Shown: positions 55,630 through 64,000 of the stretch, in pieces
Layout: each line of letters opens with the position of its first letter
How positions within the stretch are numbered: the stretch's first letter is position 1
Source of the DNA: an uncultured Gemmatimonadales bacterium
GTDB taxonomy: Bacteria; Gemmatimonadota; Gemmatimonadetes; Gemmatimonadales; Gemmatimonadaceae
Assembly: GCA_963851265.1 (NCBI GenBank)
Contig: CAWKNZ010000002.1
Location: forward strand, 480,001-544,000
Length of the DNA: 64,000 bases
Reading direction: 5' to 3'
Notes under the pieces: generated by a model
What the model saw: only the letters and a program-made list of their open reading frames with translations
Databases searched by the model: none
Told to the model about the DNA's origin: nothing
Made by a program: the position numbers and the translations under genes

Positions 55630-57732
55630 ATGTCGTCCACCCGTCCGTCTTCCGCCCGGGGCGCGCGCGCGCGCTCGAGCGGAGCCCTCCTCGTGCTCGC
55701 GGCCGTCGCCTGCGACACGAACAGTCCGCCTGCCCTCGACCCCGCGGTCCCCGCGAGTAGCTTGATCGGGGTGGGCATGATCCTCGATGTTCCGACCGTT
55801 GCGCTGGCCGTCGGCGCCGCGGGCACGACGCTTCATGCGATGCGTCCCGACGCCGACCGCATCGACACCGTCGCGGCCGCCTGGCACTCGAGCGACGAGC
55901 AGGTCGTCAGCGTCGGAGCCGACGGCCGGCTGACGCCGCGGCGCGCGGGACAGGCAACCGTCTGGGCGCGAGTTGGGCGCGACAGCGTGCCCGCTTCCGT
56001 CACGGTGACCGAACGTGGTCCGTCGGCGAGCGTGAACGCCGCGACCGTCGCCGTCCGCCCAGCGGTGGCAATGCTGGCGGTCGGCGCCCCGCAGCAGTTC
56101 ACCGCGACGGTCCAGGCTGCGGCGACCGGTCTGCTCACCGTAGCAGGCGTTGCGGCCGCAGCGCCGAACGCACCCGCGGTGACGTGGTCGTCATCTGCGC
56201 CCACCGTCGCCGCGGTGTCGAGCAACGGAACGGTGGTGCCGATCGCGCCCGGGATCGCCGTCATCACGGCAACAGCGCTCGGTGTGCGTGCGACGTCGAC
56301 GGTGCTGGTCGCGGCCCCGCGCGCGAGCGCAGCAGCCCGCATCGACGTCGCCGTGATGCGGTTCGACGGCGGCAGTGGGCAGGTGATGGTGTCGAACGGC
56401 ATTCCGTTTCCGCGCGGAGCCGTCACCGAAAATTCGCTCGGCCAAGTCCACGTGTTCGTCAACGGGACCGAGCGACCCATTCGCACGCGCGCCCTCAGCG
56501 GGCGCTGGCCCGACGGGTCGCTGCGCGCCGCGCTGGTCCAGTTCGATTACGTGATCCCCGACGCGCAGCCCATTCCGGGTTACGTCACCGTCGGCGGTAC
56601 GCGCACGCTCACGCCTCCAGCCGAGCGTGCGGCCGTGCCGACCCCCGTCGCCGCGGTCCTCCCTACCTCGTCGGCCTACCTGATGAGCACCGGCCTCGGC
56701 GGTCCGCTGTACGACCCGGCCACGACGAAGGCGCCAACGTCTCTCATCGCGCAGTACGAGAGCGACTACGTCCGCTTGGCTGCAGGCGACTGGTCGCAGT
56801 GCGGGTCCAATTGGAGCTGTGGACGGACCGCCGGTTACGACCGCGCGTTCATTCTCTATCAGGAGTGGCTGCGCACGGCCAACCCGACGTACTGGCAGCA
56901 CGCGTCCGCGATCGTCGCGAACTACATCGACCAGTACTTGGCGCCCGCGAACGGCGGTCCTGCGCCTTGGTGGTCGAACAGCGAGAGCATGGCGCTTCAC
57001 TACTTCTCGACTGGCGACGAGCGGACGCGCGGGTACCTGTACTCGATGGCGACGTCGCTGATGTGTCAGGACCGCCCGATCGCGATGTGGCGGCTCGGCG
57101 GCGACCCGTCGACGCAGCTCGGCGACGACCGCGCGCGGGCCAAGGTGATCGCTGCGCTCATGGACGTGCAGATGACTAACGCGGTGCCGACCGCGACCAG
57201 TCCCGACATGACGGGCGGCGATGCGATGTTTTGCCGCCAGTACATGACGAATACCGTGCTCACGACCGCGATCAACGACATCCTCGGGACCCAACACACC
57301 TCCGGCGCGTTCGGCGGCACGCAGTACAACGGTGGGCAGAAGAATTTCATGGTCGGGATGCTGCTCACACAGCTGATCCGGTACTACGACCAGTTCACGC
57401 CGGACGCACGGATCCCGACCGCCGTGCAGCGCGCCGTCGACTACATGACGGCGAACGAGTGGATCGCGAGCGCGCAGGGTTTCAAGTACGTCACGACGAA
57501 CGTCGACGCGGACGATGGCGACTGGCCCGAGCCGACCCTGAACAACCTCGTCGCCCCGGCGTACGCGTGGCTGTACAACCGCACCGGAAATGCGCAGTAC
57601 GCCACGATGGTGGACCGCATGCTCCTGGCGAATACGAACAACGGTGAGCGCAGCTGGTGGGCGGCCTCGGGCAAGGCATTCGACCAAGGATTCACCCACA
57701 CGTTCAACACGATGCAGTGGCGTAACCGCTAG
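55630..57732 (+). CDS. Lipoprotein with two Ig-like (Big_2) domains and a putative polysaccharide lyase/hydrolase-like C-terminus
   Basis: Lipobox LAAVAC; WHSSDEQVVSV and WSSSAPTVAAV repeats; NGIPFPRG...WPDGS motif; aromatic-rich helical C-terminus. Confidence 0.75.
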   Translation: MSSTRPSSARGARARSSGALLVLAAVACDTNSPPALDPAVPASSLIGVGMILDVPTVALAVGAAGTTLHAMRPDADRIDTVAAAWHSSDEQVVSVGADGRLTPRRAGQATVWARVGRDSVPASVTVTERGPSASVNAATVAVRPAVAMLAVGAPQQFTATVQAAATGLLTVAGVAAAAPNAPAVTWSSSAPTVAAVSSNGTVVPIAPGIAVITATALGVRATSTVLVAAPRASAAARIDVAVMRFDGGSGQVMVSNGIPFPRGAVTENSLGQVHVFVNGTERPIRTRALSGRWPDGSLRAALVQFDYVIPDAQPIPGYVTVGGTRTLTPPAERAAVPTPVAAVLPTSSAYLMSTGLGGPLYDPATTKAPTSLIAQYESDYVRLAAGDWSQCGSNWSCGRTAGYDRAFILYQEWLRTANPTYWQHASAIVANYIDQYLAPANGGPAPWWSNSESMALHYFSTGDERTRGYLYSMATSLMCQDRPIAMWRLGGDPSTQLGDDRARAKVIAALMDVQMTNAVPTATSPDMTGGDAMFCRQYMTNTVLTTAINDILGTQHTSGAFGGTQYNGGQKNFMVGMLLTQLIRYYDQFTPDARIPTAVQRAVDYMTANEWIASAQGFKYVTTNVDADDGDWPEPTLNNLVAPAYAWLYNRTGNAQYATMVDRMLLANTNNGERSWWAASGKAFDQGFTHTFNTMQWRNR

Positions 57733-57840
57733 GCATCAACGATCGAGCGGTGGCCCGCGCCGGTCACCGCTCGGCCCCGGGCAGGCTATTTTCAACGGCG
57801 AGCGCACGGCCGGGCCGCGCCTCCACCTCGGCCGCATCGC

Positions 57841-59022
57841 ATGTCCACTGTCCTGCTCGCGTCGTTCGTCGCCGGCCCTCTTGCGCTGGCCGTCTTCACC
57901 GCCGTCGGGTATCCGGCGCTCCTCCGCGTTCGCGCGGCGGGGCGCCGTTCGCCGATCGAAGCCACCCTCGCCGCGGCGGACGCGGCGCGCGCCGCGGGAA
58001 CGCCCGACGACGCCGCGCGCGTGACCGTTGTCGTCGCGACGCGCGACGCACCGGATTCCATCGTCGAACGCGTGCGCGACCTCCGCGCCGCCGACTACCC
58101 TCAAGACCGGCTCGACGTGGTCGTTGCCGTCGACGCTGGCGGTTCGTATCCCGCGGCGGCATACGCGCGGGCGTTGGGCGACAACGCCCGCGTGGTGCCC
58201 GGCGACCCGCCCGGCGGGAAATCGGCGGCGCTGAACGCCGGCGTCCGGGCAGCCACGAGTGACGTGCTGCTGTTCGCCGACTCCGCCCAACGGTTTGCCC
58301 CGTCCGTGATCCGGGACCTCGTCGTGGCCGTGCATTCCCCCGGCGTCGGCGCCGTTACGGGCGTGATTGCGCCGGCGGCGGATGACCCGTTGCTCGATCG
58401 GTACTGGCAATACGAGCTTCGCTTGCGTCGAGACCAGGCCGCCGTGCACAGCATCATCTGCGTGTCGGGTGCCGTCTACGCGATGCGCGGGGCACTCTGG
58501 CGCCCGATGCCGACGGGGCTGATCTGCGACGACCTGTTCGCGACCACGCAGGTCATCCTGCAGGGGTGGCGCGTGGCGATCTGCGAGCGCGCACTCGCCA
58601 CTGACCCGCGCACGTTCACGCGAGAGCAGCACTTTCGTCGCAAGGTCCGCACGCTCACGGGCCTCGTCCAGCTCTGCGCGTGGACGCCGGAGATCCTGCT
58701 CCCTTGGCGCAACGCAATCTGGCCGGATTTCGTCGTACACAAGCTCACGCGCGTTCTGCTCCCGTACCTCGGGGTAATTGCCGCGTTCTGTAGCGTGTGG
58801 CTGGCGCTCCGCGTCGCGGGAATGGCCGTGCTCTGGGCCGCCGGCGCGGGGCTGGTGCTCGCCGCGCTGGTCGCGTTAGCTCGGCCGCGGCTCCTGCGCG
58901 ACGTCGCGTGGGCGGCGAAGCTCTCGACGGCGCCACTCCTCGCGCTCATGAACGCGGTCCGCGGACGCTGGGAAGTCTGGCAGCCGTCGTCAATTCCGTA
59001 TGCGGCAGACCGGTCCGGGTGA
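57841..59022 (+). CDS. Membrane-anchored glycosyltransferase family 2 (PgaC/CESA-like)
   Basis: GKSAALNAG, FADS, SGAVYAMR, DDL, RRKVRTLTG; N- and C-terminal TM helices. Confidence 0.85.
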   Translation: MSTVLLASFVAGPLALAVFTAVGYPALLRVRAAGRRSPIEATLAAADAARAAGTPDDAARVTVVVATRDAPDSIVERVRDLRAADYPQDRLDVVVAVDAGGSYPAAAYARALGDNARVVPGDPPGGKSAALNAGVRAATSDVLLFADSAQRFAPSVIRDLVVAVHSPGVGAVTGVIAPAADDPLLDRYWQYELRLRRDQAAVHSIICVSGAVYAMRGALWRPMPTGLICDDLFATTQVILQGWRVAICERALATDPRTFTREQHFRRKVRTLTGLVQLCAWTPEILLPWRNAIWPDFVVHKLTRVLLPYLGVIAAFCSVWLALRVAGMAVLWAAGAGLVLAALVALARPRLLRDVAWAAKLSTAPLLALMNAVRGRWEVWQPSSIPYAADRSG

Positions 59023-59055
59023 CCGCCCCGCCCGCGCTCCCACATCCCACACGCC

Positions 59056-60120
59056 GTGCTCCTGTCAGTCGTCGTCCCGTGCTACAACGAAGCGGACGCC
59101 ATTTCCGAGACGCACCGCCGGCTAACCACGACGTTGCAGCGTTTGGAGCCTGACGGATACGAATTGATTTATGTCGACGACGGAAGTCGTGACGCGACGC
59201 CGACGATCTTGCGCGATCTGTCCGCCGGCGACGCCCGGGTCCGAGTCCTCTTTCTCTCGCGCAACTTCGGGCACCAAACCGCCGTCAGCGCCGGCATCGA
59301 ACACGCGGCTGGCGATGCGGTCGCGATCATCGACGCCGACCTCCAGGATCCGCCCGAGGTGCTGCTCGAGATGCTCGAGCGCTGGCGGGAGGGGGCCGAC
59401 GTCGCGTACGGCCTGCGCACCGATCGCGCGGGCGAGACAGCGTTCAAGCGCGCCACCGCGAAGTCGTTCTACCGCCTGTTGAACCGACTCAGTGAAACGG
59501 CGATCCCGCTCGACGTCGGCGATTTTCGGTTGATGGACCGGAAGGTGGTGCGGGCGCTCGTCGCCATGCCCGAGCGGGCGCGCTTCGTCCGGGGTATGGT
59601 GAGCTGGGTCGGGTACCGGCAGGTCGCAGTCCCGTACGCGCGCGCCGAGCGGTTCGCGGGCGAAACGAAATATCCCCTCTTCAAAATGGTGCGGCTCGCG
59701 TTGGACGGGGTCACATCGTTCTCCGTCGTGCCGCTGCGCCTTGCATCGTGGGCGGGCGTCGGTGCCTCGCTCGTCGCGCTTCTCGGAATCGTCTGGGCGG
59801 TTGTGACCCGCCTGCTCACGAACTCCTGGGTACCCGGGTGGGCGGCGATCTTCGTCGCGGTGCTCTTCGTCGGGGGCGTGCAACTACTGGCTCTCGGCAT
59901 CATCGGCGAGTACATCGGTCGCATCTATGGCGAGTCGAAGCAACGTCCGTTGTACCTCTTGCGCGACGCACTCGGCTTCGAGGTGCCACCGGGTGAGCCG
60001 GTCCGCGCGCAGGGCCACGTTCGAATCGCGCGCCCCGGTTTTTCAGATCGCGTGGGCGAATCCACCGAGCGCACCTCGGCACAGCCGTACGCGGGCCTCT
60101 CATCCCATCCCGACCGATGA
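59056..60120 (+). CDS. GtrB-like polyprenol-phosphate glycosyltransferase (GT2)
   Basis: VVPCYNE, VDDGSRD, SRNFGHQ, DADLQDPPE, GDFRLMDR, GEYIGRIY.E.K.RPLY. Confidence 0.93.
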   Translation: MLLSVVVPCYNEADAISETHRRLTTTLQRLEPDGYELIYVDDGSRDATPTILRDLSAGDARVRVLFLSRNFGHQTAVSAGIEHAAGDAVAIIDADLQDPPEVLLEMLERWREGADVAYGLRTDRAGETAFKRATAKSFYRLLNRLSETAIPLDVGDFRLMDRKVVRALVAMPERARFVRGMVSWVGYRQVAVPYARAERFAGETKYPLFKMVRLALDGVTSFSVVPLRLASWAGVGASLVALLGIVWAVVTRLLTNSWVPGWAAIFVAVLFVGGVQLLALGIIGEYIGRIYGESKQRPLYLLRDALGFEVPPGEPVRAQGHVRIARPGFSDRVGESTERTSAQPYAGLSSHPDR

Positions 60121-61808
60121 CGGCGACGTTCGCTGCGCCAGGCGCAGCGCGGACTGAGTCTCTCGCCGGCGATCGAGTCGTGCGACCGGCACCCGTTCGC
60201 GAATGGTGGTCGAAGCCGTGGGTGATCGTCCTTGCCGCCGTCGTGGTTCGTCTGCTCGCGCTCCTCTTCATCGAGGGCGACGTGAACGACGGTACGACCC
60301 GGATCGGTACCGCGGCCGCGTGGTTTTTCGACGGCGTGCCGACGTTCGGCCGGACCGTCTGGGGCGAGGGGAACTACGTGCTGCCGGGGCTCGCGCTCCT
60401 CGTCTGGCGCGACCCGTTCTGGAGCGTGCGCATCCTGTACGCGCTCATCGCGGCGACGAACGCCTGGCTGGCGCTCAAGGTCACGTCCGAAGCCTTCGAC
60501 CTGCGCGCCGGCGCGGTGACTGGCTGGATCGTGGCGCTGATGCCGTTCCACCTGTTCATGTCGTCGAACGGCGCGACGAGCGAGGCGCCGTACATCACGT
60601 GCATTCTCGCGGCCGTCTGGGCCGTGATGCGATATCGACAGACGCCGCGAGCGAGCCTCGCGGCGATTGCGGGGCTGGCCCTCGCGTTGGCGACGACCGT
60701 CAGATTCGACGGGGTGATCTGGGGTCTGCCGCTCGCCGCGTCGTTCGTCCTCCTGCTTCCTGGCGAGCGGGCGCGGTTCCACATCGAACGTCGCACCGTC
60801 GGCCACCTCGCAATCTTCGGCGTCTGCGGGCTGCTCTACGTGCTCGTGATCTTCTGGCGCTGGTCGATGTTGTATCCAACGCCGTGGTACCCGCTCGATC
60901 AGGCGAAGCTCAACACGCTGCAGTTTTTCGCCGGCGGGCAGCATCAACGGTGGCCGAACTGGCTGTACCAGACGTACGTGGTGCTGTTCTGGCCGGCGGC
61001 CACGCTCGCGATCCTCACGCCGGGACTCGGGATCGTGAGCTGGGTCGGCTTCGTCGCCGCACTGCGACGCGTCGAGCGCGCGGCGGTCCCGCTCGCGCTC
61101 GGGCTGGTAGTCGCGAGCGCATGGCTCGCGTACGCCGCGTTCACCCACGCCATCCTCGCGCAGTTTCGCTACGCGCTGATCATCGCGGTCACACTCGCGG
61201 CGTACACGGTGCCCGGCGTGCGGGCAATCCGGGCGCGGCTCCCGCGCCTGCGCCTAACGCACGTCGTGGTCGCGACGGCGGCGGTCGGCCTCGCGTGGCA
61301 GGCCGTCGTGAGCGACGCGTCACTGCATGCACGCGGGGTGCTGACAAACCAGTTCCGATCGATCAGTCCGGTCCAGCGGTCGCAGTTCGCCGCGCGCGAC
61401 CTCCTCACCTGGGCGGATCGTAACGCGACCCGCGAGACGCCGTTGGTGGTGACGCCCTACATCCAGTCGTCGTACTACCTGCTGAAGGGGCGCCCGCTCA
61501 TCGACGCGGGGCGGGTAATCGTTCAGTCGTACTACCTGCCGAACAGTCAGTTCGTTCACACCCGCGCCTCGCTCGCGGACGTGCTGGCTCAGGAGATCGC
61601 GGGCGCGCGCTGGGTAGCGACCAGCACCGGGACCCGCCAACTCGGCCTCCGCGACGGAATGGCGTCGGAGCTTGTCGCCCCGACGCGACTCGGTTCCACC
61701 TATCAGTGGCACGGGATCCAACTTGCGCCGGTCGCGAACTGGGGAGACATCCAGTTGTGGCGAGTCGAGCGCGCCACGCACGAACGCACGACCGGAACGC
61801 GCGAGTAG
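60117..61808 (+). CDS. GT-C fold membrane glycosyltransferase (GtrII/GT39-like)
   Basis: Acidic loop after TM1 (GDVND), SEAP, VRFDG, FRYAL; about 11 TM helices; ATG overlaps the GtrB stop. Confidence 0.65.
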   Translation: MTATFAAPGAARTESLAGDRVVRPAPVREWWSKPWVIVLAAVVVRLLALLFIEGDVNDGTTRIGTAAAWFFDGVPTFGRTVWGEGNYVLPGLALLVWRDPFWSVRILYALIAATNAWLALKVTSEAFDLRAGAVTGWIVALMPFHLFMSSNGATSEAPYITCILAAVWAVMRYRQTPRASLAAIAGLALALATTVRFDGVIWGLPLAASFVLLLPGERARFHIERRTVGHLAIFGVCGLLYVLVIFWRWSMLYPTPWYPLDQAKLNTLQFFAGGQHQRWPNWLYQTYVVLFWPAATLAILTPGLGIVSWVGFVAALRRVERAAVPLALGLVVASAWLAYAAFTHAILAQFRYALIIAVTLAAYTVPGVRAIRARLPRLRLTHVVVATAAVGLAWQAVVSDASLHARGVLTNQFRSISPVQRSQFAARDLLTWADRNATRETPLVVTPYIQSSYYLLKGRPLIDAGRVIVQSYYLPNSQFVHTRASLADVLAQEIAGARWVATSTGTRQLGLRDGMASELVAPTRLGSTYQWHGIQLAPVANWGDIQLWRVERATHERTTGTRE

Positions 61809-61836
61809 TCGACCCGGCGATCAGCCCCCGGATTTA

Positions 61837-61886
61837 GCCTGAACGCGAGAGCGCCCGGGATTTCCCGGGCGCTCTCGCGTTCAGGC
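61837..61886. terminator. Perfect 24-bp inverted repeat between convergent genes, likely a bidirectional terminator
   Basis: GCCTGAACGCGAGAGCGCCCGGGA-tt-TCCCGGGCGCTCTCGCGTTCAGGC. Confidence 0.72.
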
Positions 61887-61888
61887 CA

Positions 61889-63346
61889 TCACGCGCGGGC
61901 GAGCCCGGTCGTCGGCGCGCGGCCGACCATCCGCGCGGCCACACCGCGCCGCGCACTACGCGGCGGCGCGGAGGGAACGCCGCCGCGCAGCGACTCCGCC
62001 TCATAGACACGCCCTGCGTACGCGGCCAGCGCCAGCGTGAAGAAGAGCAGCGGGTTGTAGGCGTGCGACAGGAACATCGCTCCGGAGAGGAATCCGGTGA
62101 GCGTGGCGAAGATTTCCGGGCGGTACAGCTGGCGTGGAGCGCTCGCCTTCGGCCGGCGCCAGAGGGGGAACGATCCGCGAACGGCAGTCGTGATCATTCC
62201 GAACAGCGCAATTCCGCCGAGGATCCCGATCTCGACGAGCACCTGGAGATAGGTGTTGTGGGCCGTGAGCCAACCTCCGCTGCGGCCCTGGCTGGCGAAG
62301 TACTCGCCCTCGCGCAGTCCGTACCCGCCTGGCCCGACGCCGATGATGGGCCGGCGGATGAAGTAGCCCAGCCCACGCTGCCAGATGATCCACCGGCCGG
62401 CGTCCGTGTTGAACGTGTAGTCGTTCCCGATGTCCAGAAACGAGGCCGTTCGGATCCGGAACGACTCGGGTCCGAACATCCACGCGAGAGGAATCGCGAT
62501 GACGATGACCGTCAAAAGCGTGAAGAACCGACCGGGTTTCTGCGCCAGCAGCAGGGTGAGCGTGCCCACGCCGAGCGCAATCGTGCCGCCGCGCGACCCA
62601 GTCTTGAGCGCGACAATGACCGTCACGACGGCCGAGGCCGCTCCGAGCAAGCGCCACAGGCCGCGCTCGCGCAGGGCCATCCCGATCGAGAGTTGCATGA
62701 CGATGACGGCGAGCACCGCGAGGTCGTTGGGATCGTACATGCCGAGCCCGCCTAACCGCGCTCCGCCGAGGCCGTCCATGACGATCGAGCCGAACATCAT
62801 CACGTACGCGGCATACGATCCACCAAGGAGAACCGTCCAACGGATGATGCGGTCGAGCGTCTCTCGCGTCGGCTCGCACAGCATGATCGCGACGAACATC
62901 AACGCCATGAACGGGAGAACGTACATGATGTTGAACGCACCGCCCGGCCAGAGCGCGAATGGGATCGTTATCACGATCACGGCCATGTACATCGCGAGCC
63001 AACGCACGGCAGGCTGCTCGAAGACCATCCGCCAGATCTGCGGACGCACCCGCTGCACGAGCAGCAGGCCGACGATCGTTCCCGCGATGATCGACGGGCG
63101 GATCCGGACGAGCGGCGGGTAGAGCTCGGCGAGTCGCATCACCAGCAACCCGATCAGCGCGACGACCGCCTTCCACGTGCCCTGCCAGTACGCGCCGACC
63201 GTGGTGGCGGCGCGAGCGAGTCCCGGTCGAGGCCCGCGCATCCCTGCGCGGAAGCCCGGAGCGACGCGCTGGGCCGGCGGATACCGGTGATTCGGTGCCG
63301 CCCCGGATGGGGGAAGCGGCCTGGAGGGAGGTACGGTCGCGGCCAT
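61889..63346 (-). CDS. O-antigen ligase / Wzy-like polymerase family protein
   Basis: DPNDLA, TGSRGG, GRWIIW, PIIGVGPG, AHNTYLQVLVEIG. Confidence 0.9.
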   Translation of the reverse strand: MAATVPPSRPLPPSGAAPNHRYPPAQRVAPGFRAGMRGPRPGLARAATTVGAYWQGTWKAVVALIGLLVMRLAELYPPLVRIRPSIIAGTIVGLLLVQRVRPQIWRMVFEQPAVRWLAMYMAVIVITIPFALWPGGAFNIMYVLPFMALMFVAIMLCEPTRETLDRIIRWTVLLGGSYAAYVMMFGSIVMDGLGGARLGGLGMYDPNDLAVLAVIVMQLSIGMALRERGLWRLLGAASAVVTVIVALKTGSRGGTIALGVGTLTLLLAQKPGRFFTLLTVIVIAIPLAWMFGPESFRIRTASFLDIGNDYTFNTDAGRWIIWQRGLGYFIRRPIIGVGPGGYGLREGEYFASQGRSGGWLTAHNTYLQVLVEIGILGGIALFGMITTAVRGSFPLWRRPKASAPRQLYRPEIFATLTGFLSGAMFLSHAYNPLLFFTLALAAYAGRVYEAESLRGGVPSAPPRSARRGVAARMVGRAPTTGLARA

Positions 63347-63358
63347 GGCGGCTCGAAG

Positions 63359-64000
63359 TCAGAAAACGGGTACAGGCGGCGCCGTGAGCGGGCGCACGAG
63401 TCGAGTGTACAGGGCTTCGTGCGCCGCCACCATCCGGTCTACGCCGTACTGGGTACGGGCACGCGCGCGGGCGGCCTCGCCGAGTGTTCGGCGGAGCTGG
63501 GCGTCTGTGAGGACGCGAGCGAGCGCGGCCGCGAGTGTCTCGACGTCGCCGGGTGGGACGAGCACGCCTTCCTGCCCATCCCGCACGGCCTCAGGAATGC
63601 CGCCGACGCTCGAGGCGACGATCGCAGTACCGCTGAACATCGCTTCGAGCAGTGCCATCGGCAGCGCCTCGTTCAGCGACGGCATTGCGAACACGTCCGA
63701 CGCCGCCAGGAGATCGGGGACGTCGTCGCGCGGGCCGAGGAGGTGGACCCGCTGCCGCCACCCGAGTGCCGCGATCCGCTCGTCGAGCGAGTCCGCCGCG
63801 TCCTCGCGGCGGCCGGCGATGACGAGGCGCCACCGGACGTCGGCCGGGATGCGGCCGAGCGCGTCCAACAGCGCCGCGTGATTCTTGTTGTGGAAGAGGT
63901 TCCCGACGGCGACGACGAGCAGTTCGTCGGGTGCGACGCCGAGCGACGCCCGCGTCGCGTCGCGTGCGCCGTGGCGCTCGGGCACGCCGTTAGGCAGGAC
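63359..64000 (-). CDS. Glycosyltransferase family 4, 5' part outside the window
   Basis: LPNG, KNH, EALPMALLEAM, VGGIPE. Confidence 0.88.
   Translation of the reverse strand, partial: VLPNGVPERHGARDATRASLGVAPDELLVVAVGNLFHNKNHAALLDALGRIPADVRWRLVIAGRREDAADSLDERIAALGWRQRVHLLGPRDDVPDLLAASDVFAMPSLNEALPMALLEAMFSGTAIVASSVGGIPEAVRDGQEGVLVPPGDVETLAAALARVLTDAQLRRTLGEAARARARTQYGVDRMVAAHEALYTRLVRPLTAPPVPVF

Overview
A very GC-rich bacterial chromosome segment, roughly 70-75% GC by eye. Gene content (TIGR02999-type ECF sigma factor, FadL plus SGNH lipoprotein pair, OPT transporter, exosortase/PEP-CTERM, YitJ plus MetH) suggests Gemmatimonadota, but this is inference. Positions 1-24.7 kb hold housekeeping hydrolases, peptidases, transporters, Hsp20 and a PEP-CTERM-anchored trypsin-like protease. 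Positions 25-64 kb form a large surface-glycan region interleaved with the methionine genes yitJ and metH. It contains rmlBA, GtrA, a split transketolase, an epimerase-GtrB fusion, wzm/wzt, five paralogous GT2s, several GT4 and GT-C enzymes, exosortase-EpsI and an O-antigen ligase. Main non-obvious signals: (1) the heptamer GCCTAAC/GTTAGGC occurs 28 times inside genes or on their stop codons, using rare codons, on both strands; (2) a shared ATCCG-N6-CGGAT operator-like box lies in front of both yitJ and metH; (3) a c-di-GMP-I riboswitch plus a CRP-like box precede an Ig-domain, lyase-like lipoprotein; (4) a candidate pathway for an unusual ThDP-extended sugar loaded on a lipid carrier. I saw no rRNA, tRNA, CRISPR array or transposase.
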